DNA from: Antedon mediterranea
Taxonomy: Eukaryota; Animalia; Echinodermata
Length of the DNA: 64,000 nucleotides
NCBI RefSeq assembly: GCF_964355755.1
Contig: NC_092679.1
Location: forward strand, 22,179,432 to 22,243,431
Direction: 5' to 3'
This document shows, in pieces, positions 51,867 to 64,000 of the stretch. The notes beneath the pieces were generated by a model. It was not told the DNA's origin, ran no database searches, and saw nothing but the letters and a program-made list of their open reading frames with translations. A program made the translations under genes and the position numbers. Each line of letters starts with the position of its first letter. The first letter of the stretch is position 1.

Positions 51867-52009
51867 TCTATGGAAACTGCATAGCAAATTGTAGTCAGGT
51901 CAATTCTTACGGGACACCAATGCATATTTGTAGGGTAGCCAAATATAACTAATGAATAATTTATACTACAAAAACTATATTAGTTGGTAAGAATCAAACC
52001 TCAAGGTTA

Positions 52010-52076
52010 GCGCCGTATGGTTGGCGCCGTATGGTTGGCGCCGTATGGTTGGCGCCGTATGGTTTGCGCCATATGG
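52010..52076. repeat. 14-bp tandem repeat (GCGCCGTATGGTTG)n
   Basis: 4-5 copies. Confidence 0.85.
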
Positions 52077-54210
52077 CTCACAATACGTATTCTGTTCAAA
52101 ATTAAATAAAAAAATTCTTATCAATCTAAATTTGGAGTTGGAAACACAGTTTTGTATTGCGTTTTTTGCCAAACCATTTTAGGTTTTTAGTTTTGTGTAG
52201 AAAATTGGGTATGCTTAAATATGGATGATAAAAAAGAGCGAGAATAGAACAAAAATAAAAGACAACGTTCAAAAAGCAAGTCTGTTCTGGATTAGACAAA
52301 AGGATTAAAGAACTGTATTTTACCCATTTTATTTTATTATTTACATTGTTAAAAGCAAGACAATTTTCGAGCCAGAGTGCTTGACGGAATAAAATAATTG
52401 AATTGAATTGATTTAATTGATTAAAGAAAAAAATTGCTCGTTATTAAAACTGTTAGTAAAAATTAACTCAGTGAGGATTTGAACCCCGATCAATGTATGC
52501 ATCTAAAAAACCACAAAGCTATTCAATTTAAGAAATGAGTAATGTCACCATAATGACCGATTTAAGCTTCAGATTCTTTTCTGTATCACATTTGTTCTAC
52601 ATCTAAGCGTGCCCCAAATCACATTGATGGCGGCATTTATTCGCTTTAAACTCTCCAGTCGAGGGACTCGTAAAGACACAAATTACGGCAGATAGCTGGA
52701 ACTCAAAGTAATAAACAAATCAATGGACAGTCAATAAATTCTCACTCGGAGTTGTTCACGTACAAATTGAATTTGACGTACACAATGCGTCGAAGTGACT
52801 AACGAAATTAGGCTCCGCTGACAAACACTATGGGGGGCCCAAAAGTAGCAATTCATTGATTGCGAAGATTACGACTCTAATTAACCAGAAAATAATCAAG
52901 CGTAATTTTAAACCCACAGGAATCCATTTCGATATTCAGAATTTAACGCAATTAACGCTACAAGAAAACTAGCATTATGTGACTTATCAGTAGAACTCAT
53001 ATTTAAAGGACACTTTCTGGACCTAACAAAGTGTTTCATTGTATTATTACATAATTTAACACACAAATAAATTTGATTGGATGATTGCTGATCACTTGGT
53101 GTGCAATAGTACATACTATTTAACAATCGTGTAATAGTACTTTTTTCCCATTTTTTGTGTACAAAAAAAAAATCTTCTCACGGACAGAAAATAGCATAGT
53201 CTGTTGTTCTAACCTTTTTCCATTTTCTTTTAAAAGATGAAGGGAAGTGGATCATTTTTTTGTATTTAAGACATTTTACCTCGCACTTCTACAGAATATA
53301 CAGTAATATTTCAGAAAAAAAATTAAAATATAATCGTCTCCCGAAAGATAGTGTGCTAATATTTATTTCATTGTAATTTTGTTTAAAGATAGAAAACACA
53401 ATATTCATTGTAATTATTATAAAAAAGTACATTATTACAATAATTTTTGTACAGTGCATTAAGTCACGGAGGGTATAACAACCTCTCTCTACAGCTGTAA
53501 AAATTGTAGCGAAATTGACTTGAGTCATGGCAGTTAAGTGCAGAATCACTCCCTAAGGAAAGAATCTCGATCTGACATCAGAATAGACTCTCCTCGAACC
53601 TAGTCATGTTATTTTACTCGCAATTGAATTAATAATTACTAATCTGAATGAGGTCTAAGTGTGTACACAAACAATACTCAATTAACAAGAGATTAGAGTA
53701 CAAGTGCCTGTTATCGTAAAACATCACTTGAATGTGGACTGGCATGACATGTTTTCAACAATCTCCTTAACAGGTTCGCAAATTGATTAGAGATAGCTGT
53801 ATGTCAGTGACTTCTGGGCGGTTTACAGAGGGGAATATTGGATTATTTTTGTTATTAATTAATTATCACTATGTTGATGTGTAACCACAAATTTTGAAAG
53901 TGGGTGTTGATGAGTATGAAGAAGGTGATGATAAATATCACAAGGGTCTTGCAAATGATGATGGCAATTACAACGCTGCATAATAAATGATGATGAAAAT
54001 GGTAATCAGGTGGTAATCAGGTGGTAATCAGGTAGTTAAAGATAAGAAGGATGGTGACAATATCATCAATTATATATGTTTCTAAATTAATTTTTTTAAG
54101 CTTAATTAGGGCGGTTTTTTCTACATTTCACAGAATCCCTCCTCTTCACTGTTTAAAAATTAAATTAATTGTATGCATATCTTTAGTTGATTTAGCATGT
54201 CTCTCTCTGT

Positions 54211-54246
<36 letters not shown>

Positions 54247-54356
54247 AACAAATCAGGCAAAGAACATCAATTCTAAACCGCCCGGTGATATACTGAAATT
54301 TAATTAATTAATTTGAAACGATAAAGATGAGGAAATCTGTGAGAATGAGAAAAAGT

Positions 54357-54428
54357 CGCCCCAACCGAGACTCGAACTTGGACCGTCTGCTTGATATGCA
54401 GTTGCCCTAACCATTAGACCACTAGGGC
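54357..54428 (-). pseudogene. tRNA-like cloverleaf (anticodon ATC) heading a dispersed repeat
   Basis: GCCCTAG-TG-GTCT-AATGGTTA-GGGC-A-ACTGC-ATATCAA-GCAGA-CGGT-CCAAG-TTCGAGT-CTCGG-TTGGGGC-G folds as a 72-nt cloverleaf with two mismatches and several G-U pairs. It is followed by TTTTT, a body shared with 34575-34825 and a (TA)n tract. Confidence 0.65.
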
Positions 54429-54864
54429 TTTCATGGTATTGTTCAAACTCGATTGGATATTTTTATACTGTTGTTATATAACACTTTTAAGAATTTTGAA
54501 ATTTTTTTCTCTCCTCTCCATTTTCAATAGGCCTCATCAGTCCTAGAGTACTATAAGCTTTTTGTTGACAATATTATTTTGATTCGGTAGGGTTTACAAA
54601 GAAGAAAAGATTAACCTATATGTGTATAAGGTTATCATTATTGATTTAAAATATGCTTTGTCTACCAACCCAAAACCCTATTAAATGATAATAATAATAT
54701 TGCAATTGCAATGTTTACCAGCCTGTACAAAGCAATATTATAACAAAATTGTCATCAAGTGTGTATGGTACCCGCTGAATGAATGCAAATAAACTTCAAC
54801 AAACAGTCTACAAATGACTGTATATACTATTATAATACCATGATTCAAAGGAGACACACACACC

Positions 54865-55185
54865 AAGTGTCCCTTAAATAGGTGTCTGCTGAATAGAGAT
54901 GTCCCTTTAATAGGGGTGTCCCTTTAATATGTTTCATTTTAATGGGAGTGTCCCTTTTAATAGGGGTGGGTGTCCCACGAATAGGGGTGTCCCACGAATA
55001 GGGGTGTCCCACGAATAGGGGTGTCCCACGAATAGGGTTGTCCCACGAACAGGGGTGTCCCACGAACAGGGGTGTCCCACGAATAGGGGTGTCCCACGAA
55101 TAGGGGTGTCCCACGAATAGGGGTGTCCCACGAATAGGGGTGTCCCACGAATAGGGGTGTCTCAAAGGAGGAGTTCTAGTGTATT
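54865..55185. repeat. 17-bp minisatellite (TGTCCCACGAATAGGGG)n inside a MITE-like element
   Basis: About 11 near-perfect units at 54970-55160, flanked by diverged GTGTCCCTTTAATAGGG units and a GAGGTTCTA terminus. Similar termini occur at ~26236-26250, 31005-31020 and 56265-56290. Confidence 0.9.
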
Positions 55186-56334
55186 TCTAGTGTTAAAACC
55201 TCTTATCTAAAACACACATCATTGTGTCACCTAGCAAGCTTAATGTAAAAAGATGATTACTACAAAACAACCAGGCTGGCAAGGCAAACATGCTACAATT
55301 ACAACTATTATAACACTCACATAAACATAATGAAATCATCAATATTTAACAATGTGTTAATGGAGGCATATATCTAATTTTTTAATGTTATATTGATTCT
55401 AGGGAGACCTCATAGGGCTTTAAAGGCTTACCAAATCAGATAGCCAATTACAAGGCAAGGTAGCGTTAATAATCAAGTATTTTGTATGAAAATTCAAATT
55501 ATCATTTACTGAACAGGTGTTTCATATCTGAGACATTACAAAGGTTGCGACTATAAAATGTACGATTTCTTTAGTTTGCGGGCAGTTCGGAAAATATTAG
55601 ATAATTTGATTTGTAATAGCCAAATGTTTTTATGTCGTAATAAATGACTCTAACATGTGCAGTTTGAAAAACACCGACCATCTTTTCGTTTTTTCTTCTG
55701 CGCGTGTTTGTGATAGGGCCTTTAGGAGAAGTGAATATGTGTCTCATCACATGAGGGACCCTTCAAAGGGATATCAGTGTTTAAGAGAGTTCGAATTGAG
55801 TGTATTGAAAGTTTATGAATATTTAGAATCATTTTTTGTGTGCTATATAAATTTATATATTTATTACAGTTTACTTAGAATAAAATAATTATTGAAAATT
55901 TTGTTTTCTTTGCTGCAAAAATATGAATAAAACAAACTAACAAATAAACTAACTAACAAACAGATAAACTCCTTTTAGGACACCCAGGGGGAAACTAATA
56001 TGAAAGCTACACTCAAAGCTACACTCATAATAAAGCTACACTCTTATTAGTACATTCTCATTAAGGATATATTTTCATGTGACACAAACAAGAGGCAATA
56101 ACACTTCAACCAACCTCTATTCATAGAACAACCTTTATTCATTGGAAGTTTCTCATTTATTTGAGAAACTTCCAATGAATTGTATATATACAACCAAATG
56201 TTGTATATATATATTATTGTTAAGATCAAATACTATTCAGGACACTCTTTGTTGGATCCCTAAGGTGTCCTCTTAATAGGGGTTCTACTTATTAATAAGG
56301 CTGTTTTAATACCTTACAAAAATAATGTTGAATA

Positions 56335-59300
56335 CTAGATTTGAACTCGTCACTACGGACGAGTTAGGTTATCCGCAGCGCAAATGCCACGTGCACATCA
56401 TACGTTAGAATATTGCGCGCATAAATACGATTACACCATTGAAATAATGTTAGTGCGCTCCCAATTTTGCGTCACGTCAAAGTATATACGGTATACACTA
56501 TATTCTGTATACGTACTACATACAGTGCAGAATAGGTGAAAATAAGGGACCAAAGTTATTGACGCTTTTGGACATGATGACGTCATCACAATTTAAAAAA
56601 TGGTAGATTATGCGAAAGATAATTGATTGGCCTAGACAATATAACAAAATAGGGGGAAATGGAAGACGGATAAGTGGAGATGCGCTCTATTAAATGTGAT
56701 GAGCTATGCGAAAGAGACAAAAATCATATATTTTATATTCGAGTGGCCATACGATGACGTCACAATGTCCGGTTAGCCATATCGATGCATGATTTGTTAT
56801 CTAAAACTCATCTACTTCTAGAATCCTAAATTTTAAAAAAGTTCACCACGGAATATAGAATCTATGACTGTTTTGAAAAAGGCATAATTTTGACGAATTT
56901 TTGAACTTTTTTTATCAAAAACGCGCGCAAATTGTTCAATTCTACGTGCTCGTATGACGTGATTTTATGTCGAAATTGATTGAAAATTGGTAAATTTACT
57001 AGAAAAGGCTGAAAAAACAAAAATCAAGCAAAAAAAAGATGTTTTTGCGCTAAGTGCGCACGCGCGCGTAAAAAAAATGCGCATGCGTGGGAATATTTGA
57101 AATGTTCAAAATGACCTGAAACGCGTAGAAAGTTGATTAGAAATTGATTTTACGCATTTTGAAATTTTAAACGCGCGTGCGCGCGTAACTTTATGTAAAA
57201 CATGCCATTTTTAATCCATAGAAAGTTTGCGCATGATATAACTTAAATTTTCACCAAATTTCAATACAAAATGACTTTTAGTTTTTAATCTATGATCAAT
57301 CATTGAAATTCACAAAATCGCGCGTAACTTACGCTGCGCAACTCCAAAATCGTCCAAAAGCTTGGCTGCACATCTACGGCTATAGGTCAATCTTATGACA
57401 ACGTTATACAATCTTATGTTGCCCAGAATTAGAGATATGCGACCAACAAAATTCGTGGAAAGAAAGAAGAACATAGAAAAAAAAAACTAGATTTGAACTC
57501 GTCACTACGGACGAGTTAGGTTATCCGCAGCGCAAAAGCCGCGCGCACGATATAAGTTAGAATATTGCGCGCAGAAAAACGATTATGCCATTTAAAAAAT
57601 GTTAGTGCGCTCTCTATTTTGCGTCACGTCTGAGTATATACGGTATACACTATATAATGTATACGTACTACATACAGTGCAGAATAGGTGAAAATAAGTG
57701 ACCAAAGTTATTGACGCTTTTGGACATAATGACGTCATAACAATTTTAAAAATGGTGAATCATTCGAAAGATAATTGATTGACCTAGGCAATATATAAAA
57801 ATGGGGGAAAATGGAATACGGATAAGTGGAGATGCGCTCTATTAAATGTGATGAGCTATGACGAAAGAGACAAAAATCCTATATTTGATATTTGTGTGGC
57901 CATACGATGACGTCCCAATGTCCGGTTTGCCAAATCGATGCATGATTCTATATCTACAACTCATCTACATTCAGAATATGTAATTTTAAAAAAGTTCACC
58001 ACGTAGTTTAGAATTTATGACTGTTTAAAAAAAGGCATAATTCTGACAAATTGTTGAACTTTTTCATCAAAAATGCGCGTAAATTGTTTAATTCTACGTG
58101 CTCGTATGACGTGATTTTAAGTCGAAATTGATCGAAAATTTATGAATTTACTAGAAAAGGCTGAAAAAAACAAAAATCAAGCAAAAAAAGGATGTTTTTG
58201 CGCTACGTGCGCACGCGCGCGTAAAAAAATTGCGCACGCGTGGGAATTTTTGAAATGCTCAAAATGACATGAAACGCGTAGAAAGTTGATTAGAAATTGA
58301 TTTTTCGCATTTTGAAATTTTAAACGCGCGTGCGCGCGTAACTTTTTGTAAAACATGCTATTTTTAATCCATAGAAAGTTTGCGCATGACATTACTTAAA
58401 TTTTCACCAAGTTTCAATACAAAATGACTTTTAGTTTTTATTCTATGATCAATCATTGAAATTCACAAAATCGCGCGTAACTTACGCTGCGCGACTCGAA
58501 ATTTGAGTTTCTTGCACATCTACAGCTACATATCAATCTTATGAACAAGTTATACAATCATATGTTACCCAAAATTAGAGATATGCGACCAACAAAATTC
58601 GTGGAAAGAAAGAAGAAAATAGAAACTAGACATGTAACTCGTCACTTTGACGAGTTAGTTATCCGCACGACAAACGCCACGTGCACGTGATACGTTAGAA
58701 TATTGCACACAGAAAAAGATTATGGCATTATGACCTGAACTGAAGAATATGATATGTTGTTATTGCTGAATTCTGTTATTTTGTGTGATATAGTATATAC
58801 AATATAATCTGTATACATATTACATACAGTGTAGAATAGGTGAAATTACGGGACCCCCCGTTTATTCCTATTTTTAACATGGCGACGGTATCAAAATGAA
58901 AAACTAAGACAGCAATTTGGGAAGGAAATTATCTCAGTAACAACAAATTAAATTGCAGAAGAAATTTGAATACGTGAAATATTGATGCACGCTCTTTTAA
59001 ATGTAATGAATTATGACGCAAAAGATGAAAATACGACTTTTCTTATTTAACTGGCCATATGATGATGTCACAACATCCGAATGGCAAAATATTTACATGA
59101 TTTTGTATCTACAATCCACTAGCTTCCAGAAAACGTTTTAATCGTGATTATCACATTTTATTCGTACGAGCTATAACAGATTAAAATTTTCTGTAAAGAT
59201 GAAATTAATGCCACATGTAATTTAAATTTTTAGGCATGATGACGTCATAATAATTCAAATATTTTTAACTCATGCGAAAGATAGTTGATTGACCTAGACA

Positions 59301-62300
59301 ATATCAAAATCGGGGTGAAAATGGAAAATGGATAAGTGGAGATGCGCTCTATTAAATGTGATGAGCTATGACGAAAGATAAAAAAATCCTCAATTTTATA
59401 TTCGCGTGGCCATACGATGACGTTAAAATGTCCGGTTAGCCATATTAATACATGATCCGATATCTACAACTCATCAACTTCCGGAATATGTCATCCACAA
59501 AAAGTTGACCGTGTAGTTTAGAAATTACGACTGTTTAAAAAAAGGCATAATTTTGACAAATGTTTGTACTTTTTCATCAAAAACGTGCGCAAATTGTCCA
59601 ATTCGACGTGCTCGTTTGACGTAACTTTAAGTCGAAAGTGTTTAGAAGTTGGTAAAATTACTATAAAAGGCTGGAAAAACATAAATCACTCGAAAAAAAT
59701 ATGTTTTTAATGCTACGTGCGCACCGCACACGTAAAAATGTGCGCACGCGTGGGAATTTTTTACATGCTTAAAATGACATGAAACGCGTAGAAAGTTGAT
59801 TAGAAATTAATTTTGCGCATTTTGAAATTTTAAATGCGCGTGCACGCGTAACTTTTTGTAAAACATGCCATTTTTAGTGCACTAACAGTTTGCCCTTGAT
59901 ATGACTTAAATTTTCATAAAGGGTAAAAAAAAAATTACTCTTGGTTTTTAAGCTATGATCAATCATTAAAAATCATAAAATCACGCGCAAGTCACGTTGC
60001 GCAACTCTGACGTCATTCAAAATAGGAGATGCACAACTTCACGTAAATGCCCACATGTTGTCAAAGTTATAAAATGTTATGTTTACACATTTTAGAGAAA
60101 CGTGACTCACAAAAAAATGGGAAAGAAATAAGAACTAGACATGAAACTCGTCACATTGACGAGTTAGTTATCCGCACCACGACAAACGCCACGTGCACGT
60201 CATACGTTGGAATATTGCACACAGATAAAGATTATGGCATTATGACAAGAACTGAAGAATATGATATGCTGTTAGTGCTGAATTCTGTCAATTTTGTGTC
60301 ATATAGTATATACATGCAAACAGTATAATCTGTATACATATTACATACAGTGTAGAATAGGTGAAATTACGGGACCCGTCATTTATTCCAATTTTTAACA
60401 TGGCGACGGTATCAAAATGAAACACTTGGATAGCAATTTCAGAAGGAAATTATTTCAGGAACAACATATTAACGTGTAGAAGAAATTTGAATACGTAAAA
60501 TATAGATGCGTACCCTTTTAAATGTGATGAACTATTACGCAAAATATGAAAATACGTCTTTTTTTATTCAACTGGCCATATGATGACGTCACGACATCCG
60601 ATTGGCAAAATGTTTACATGAATTCGTATCTACAATCCAATAGCTTCCAGAAAACGTTTTAATCGTGATTATCACATTTTATTCTGATGAGCTCTAACAG
60701 ATTAAAATTTACTGTAAAGATAAATATAAGTGACCCACGTTATTTACATTTTTAGACATGATGACGTCATAAAAATTAAAAAAAATTTTACTCATGCGTA
60801 AAATAGTTGATTGACCTAGAAAATGTCAAAATCTGGGTTAAAATGGAATACGTATAAGTGGAGAGGCGCTCTATTAAATGAGATGCGCTATGACGAAAGA
60901 TACAAAAATCCTATATTTTACATTCGTGTGGCCATACGATGACGTCATAACTTCCGAGAGGTAAAAATTCTGCATGAATTTATATCTACAATTTATCTTC
61001 TTGCATAATAAGTTAAAACAAATTGGGGTCACCTTTGATCCTGACGAGCTATAATAGATTCAAAATAGGCATAATTTTGACAATATTTTGTCACTTTTGC
61101 AACTAAAACGCATGCAAATGGTCTAAATCAACGTGTACGTATGACGTCATTTTAACTTGAAATGATGTCAATCTTGTTTAAAATGACTACGAAAGGCTGG
61201 ACACTCAAAATTCAAGAAAAAAAACATGGTTTTCATACTCCGTGCGCCCCTTACGCGTAAATTTTTTCGCGCGCGTGGGAATTTTTGACATGCTCAAAAT
61301 GTCATGATCAGCGTAGAAAGTTGATTAGAAATTAATTTTGCGCATTTTGAAATTTTAAATGCGCGTGCGCGCGTAACTTCTTGTAAAACATGCCATTTTT
61401 AATCCATAGAAAATTTGCACTTGATATGACTTAAATTTTCACAAAGTGTCAAAACAAAATTACGTTTGGTTTTTAATCTATGGTCAATCATAAAAAATCA
61501 TAAAATCGCGCGCAAGTCACGTTGCGCAACTCTGACGTCATTCAAAAATAGGAGGTGCACAACTTCACGTATATGCCCATATGTTGACAAAGTTATGAAA
61601 TGTTATGTTTACAAGTTTTTGAGATACGTGAGACACAAAAATGGGGGAGAAAGAAATAAGAACTAGACATGAAACTCGTCACTTTGACGAGTTAGTTATC
61701 CGCTCGACAAACGCCACGTGCACGTCATACGTTGGAATGTTGCACACAGAAAAAGATTATGGCATTATGACCTGAACTGAAGAATATGATATGTTGTTAG
61801 TGCTAAATTCTGTCTATTTTGTGTCATATAGTATATACATTTTAAAGTACACAGTATAATCTGTATACACGTAATTTAAATTTTTAGGCATGATGATGTT
61901 ATACAAATTAAATATTTTTAACTCATGCATAAGATAGTTGATTGACCTAGACACTATTAAAATCTCGGAGAAAAAGGAACACAGATAAGCGTGATGCGCT
62001 CCATTTAATGTGATGAGCAATAAACGAAAGAGACAAAAATCATATATTTTACATTCGTGTGGCCATACGATGATGTCACAATGTCCGGTTAGCCATATTG
62101 ATTAATGATCCGATATCTACAACTCATCACCTTCCAGAATATGTAAGCAAAAAAAAGTTTACCTCGTAGTTTAGAATCTATGATTGTTTAAAAAAAGGCA
62201 TAATTTTGACGAATTTTTTAATTTTTTCATTAAAAACACGCACAAATTGTACAATTCGACGTGCTCGTATGACGTAATTTTAAGTCTAAATTGTTTTAAA

Positions 62301-64000
62301 ATTTGGTAAAATTACTATAAAAGGCTGGAAAAACATAATTCACGGAAAAAAAAGATGTTTTTAGCGCTACGTGCGGACCACGTGTGTAAAATTGTTCGCG
62401 CGCGTGGGAATTTTTGACATGCTCAAAATGTCATGATCAGCGTAGAAAGTTGATTAGAAATTAATTTTGCGCATTTTAAATTTTAAATGCGCGTGCGCGC
62501 GTAACTTCGTGTAAAACATGCCATTTTTAGTGCACAAAAAGTTAGCGCAAGATATAAATTAAACTTTTGCTAAGTTTCAACATAAATTGTTATTTGGTTT
62601 TCAATCTATGTTAAATACGGGAAATTCATAAAATCACGCGTAAGTCACGTTACGCATTTCTGACGTCATTCACAATAGTAGGTGCACAACTTCACGTGAA
62701 TGCCCATATGTTGACAAAGTTATGAAATGTTGTGTTTACACATTTTTGATATAAGCGAGACACAAAAATAGAGGAGAAATGCGCGTGCGCGCGTAACGTC
62801 TTGTAAAATATGGCATTTTTAATCCACAAAAAGTTTGCCCTTGATATGACTTAAATTTTCAGAAAGTGTCAAAACAAAATTATGCTTGGTTTTTAGCCTA
62901 TAATCAATCATAAAAAATCATAAAATCGCACGTAAGTCACGTTGCGCAACTCTGACGTCATTCAAAAATAGGAGGTGCACAACTTCACGTAAATGCCCAT
63001 ATGTTGACAAAGTTATGAAATGTTATGTTTACAAGTTTTTGAGATACGTGAGACACAAAAATGGAGGAGAAAGAAATAAGAAAAAAAAAAAAAAAAAGTA
63101 ACAGGACGATTACAAGGAGTTATCCGCTACTAAGCGGATAACTAAAAAACTAGACATGTAACTCGTCACTTTGACGAGTTAGTTATCCGCATGACAAACG
63201 CCATGTGCACGTCATAGGTTGAAATATTGCACACAGAAAAAGATTATGGCATTATGACCTGAACTGAAGAATATGATATGTTGTTGTTGCTGAATTCTTT
63301 CAGTTTTGTGTCATATAGTATATAGTATAATATGTATACATATTACATACAGTATAGAATACGTGAAATTATGGGACCTGCAATTTATTGCAATTTTTAA
63401 CATATTGACGGTTTTAAAATGAAACACTAAGATAGCAATTTCGGAAGGAAATTATCTCGGCAACAACATATTAATGTGTAGAAGAAATTTAAATACGTAA
63501 AATATTGATGCGCGCTCTTTTAAATGTAATGAATTATGACGCAAAAGATGAAAATACGACTTTTTTTATTTAACTGGCCATATGATGACGTCACAACGTC
63601 CGATTGGCAAAATTTTCACATGATTTCCTATCTACAATCTAATAGCTTCTAGAAAACGTTTTAATCGTGATTATCAAATTTTATTCTTACGAGCTATAAC
63701 AGATTAAAATTTACTGTAAAGATGAAATTAATGCTACACGTAATTTAAATTTTTAGTCACGATGACGTGACAAAAATTTAAAAAAATTTAACTCATGCGA
63801 AATATAGTTGATGGACCTACACAATATTAAAATCGGGGTGAAAATGGAAAACGAATAAGTGGAGAAGCGCTCTATTAAATGTGATGAGCTATGACGAAAG
63901 ATACAAAAATCCTAAATTGTATATTCGCGTGGCCACACGATGACGTCACAATGTCCGGTTAGCCATATTATTACATGATCCGATATCTAAAACTCATCAA
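56335..64000 (-). mobile_element. head-to-tail stack of at least six non-autonomous Helentron/DINE-1-like elements
   Basis: On the + strand, units start with CTAG at 56335, 57487, 58626, 60135, 61663 and 63150 (spacings 1152, 1139, 1509, 1528, 1487). Each start is followed by a hairpin AACTCGTC(A)-loop-(T)GACGAGTT and by GTTATCCGC. One opposite-end hairpin, AGTTATCCGC-TACTAA-GCGGATAACT, lies at 63118-63143. No coding capacity was seen. Confidence 0.85.

Noticed and set aside
54845-55165. Overlapping repetitive ORFs (GHPYSWDTPIRGTPLFV)n, and 49192-49446
   Set aside because: These are three-frame translations of 17-bp minisatellites.
49879-56334. Additional DHX57 exons (HA2 region)
   Set aside because: Candidate donor sites (e.g. 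near 53279, 55431, 56312) did not give DHX57-like translations. The next exon is probably beyond the window, although a short exon could have been missed by eye.
58177-62020. Short ORFs inside the Helentron-like array as Rep/helicase remnants
   Set aside because: No HUH or PIF1 motifs, and the frames are not preserved between units.

Overview
AT-rich, intron-rich animal genomic DNA, most likely an invertebrate deuterostome such as an echinoderm (inferred from gene content and a Deu-domain-like SINE). There are four protein-coding genes. (1) The last exon of a THIK-type K2P potassium channel (KCNK12/13-like, +, 17308-18227); its first exon lies outside the window. (2) A three-exon minus-strand gene (25807-25840, 25103-25360, 22714-23930; about 502 aa) that the ORF track only partly shows. 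It joins a Death domain to a short coiled coil, a PPxY-containing linker and six NHL repeats, with no RING or B-box, and is the best candidate for an undescribed system. (3) GEMIN6 (+, two exons, 189 aa). (4) The last six coding exons of DHX57 (-), tail-to-tail with GEMIN6 as in human 2p22. Non-coding DNA is dominated by repeats. A complete solo Helentron/DINE-1-type element sits at 8818-10294, and a stack of at least six related 1.1-1.5 kb elements at 56335-64000 looks like serial self-insertion. There are also several MITE families, LINE 3' fragments, tRNA-derived SINE-like elements, microsatellites and a 23-bp minisatellite whose unit carries both an AP-1 site and a Pol III A-box. All calls come from reading the sequence and translating by hand; no database search was run.
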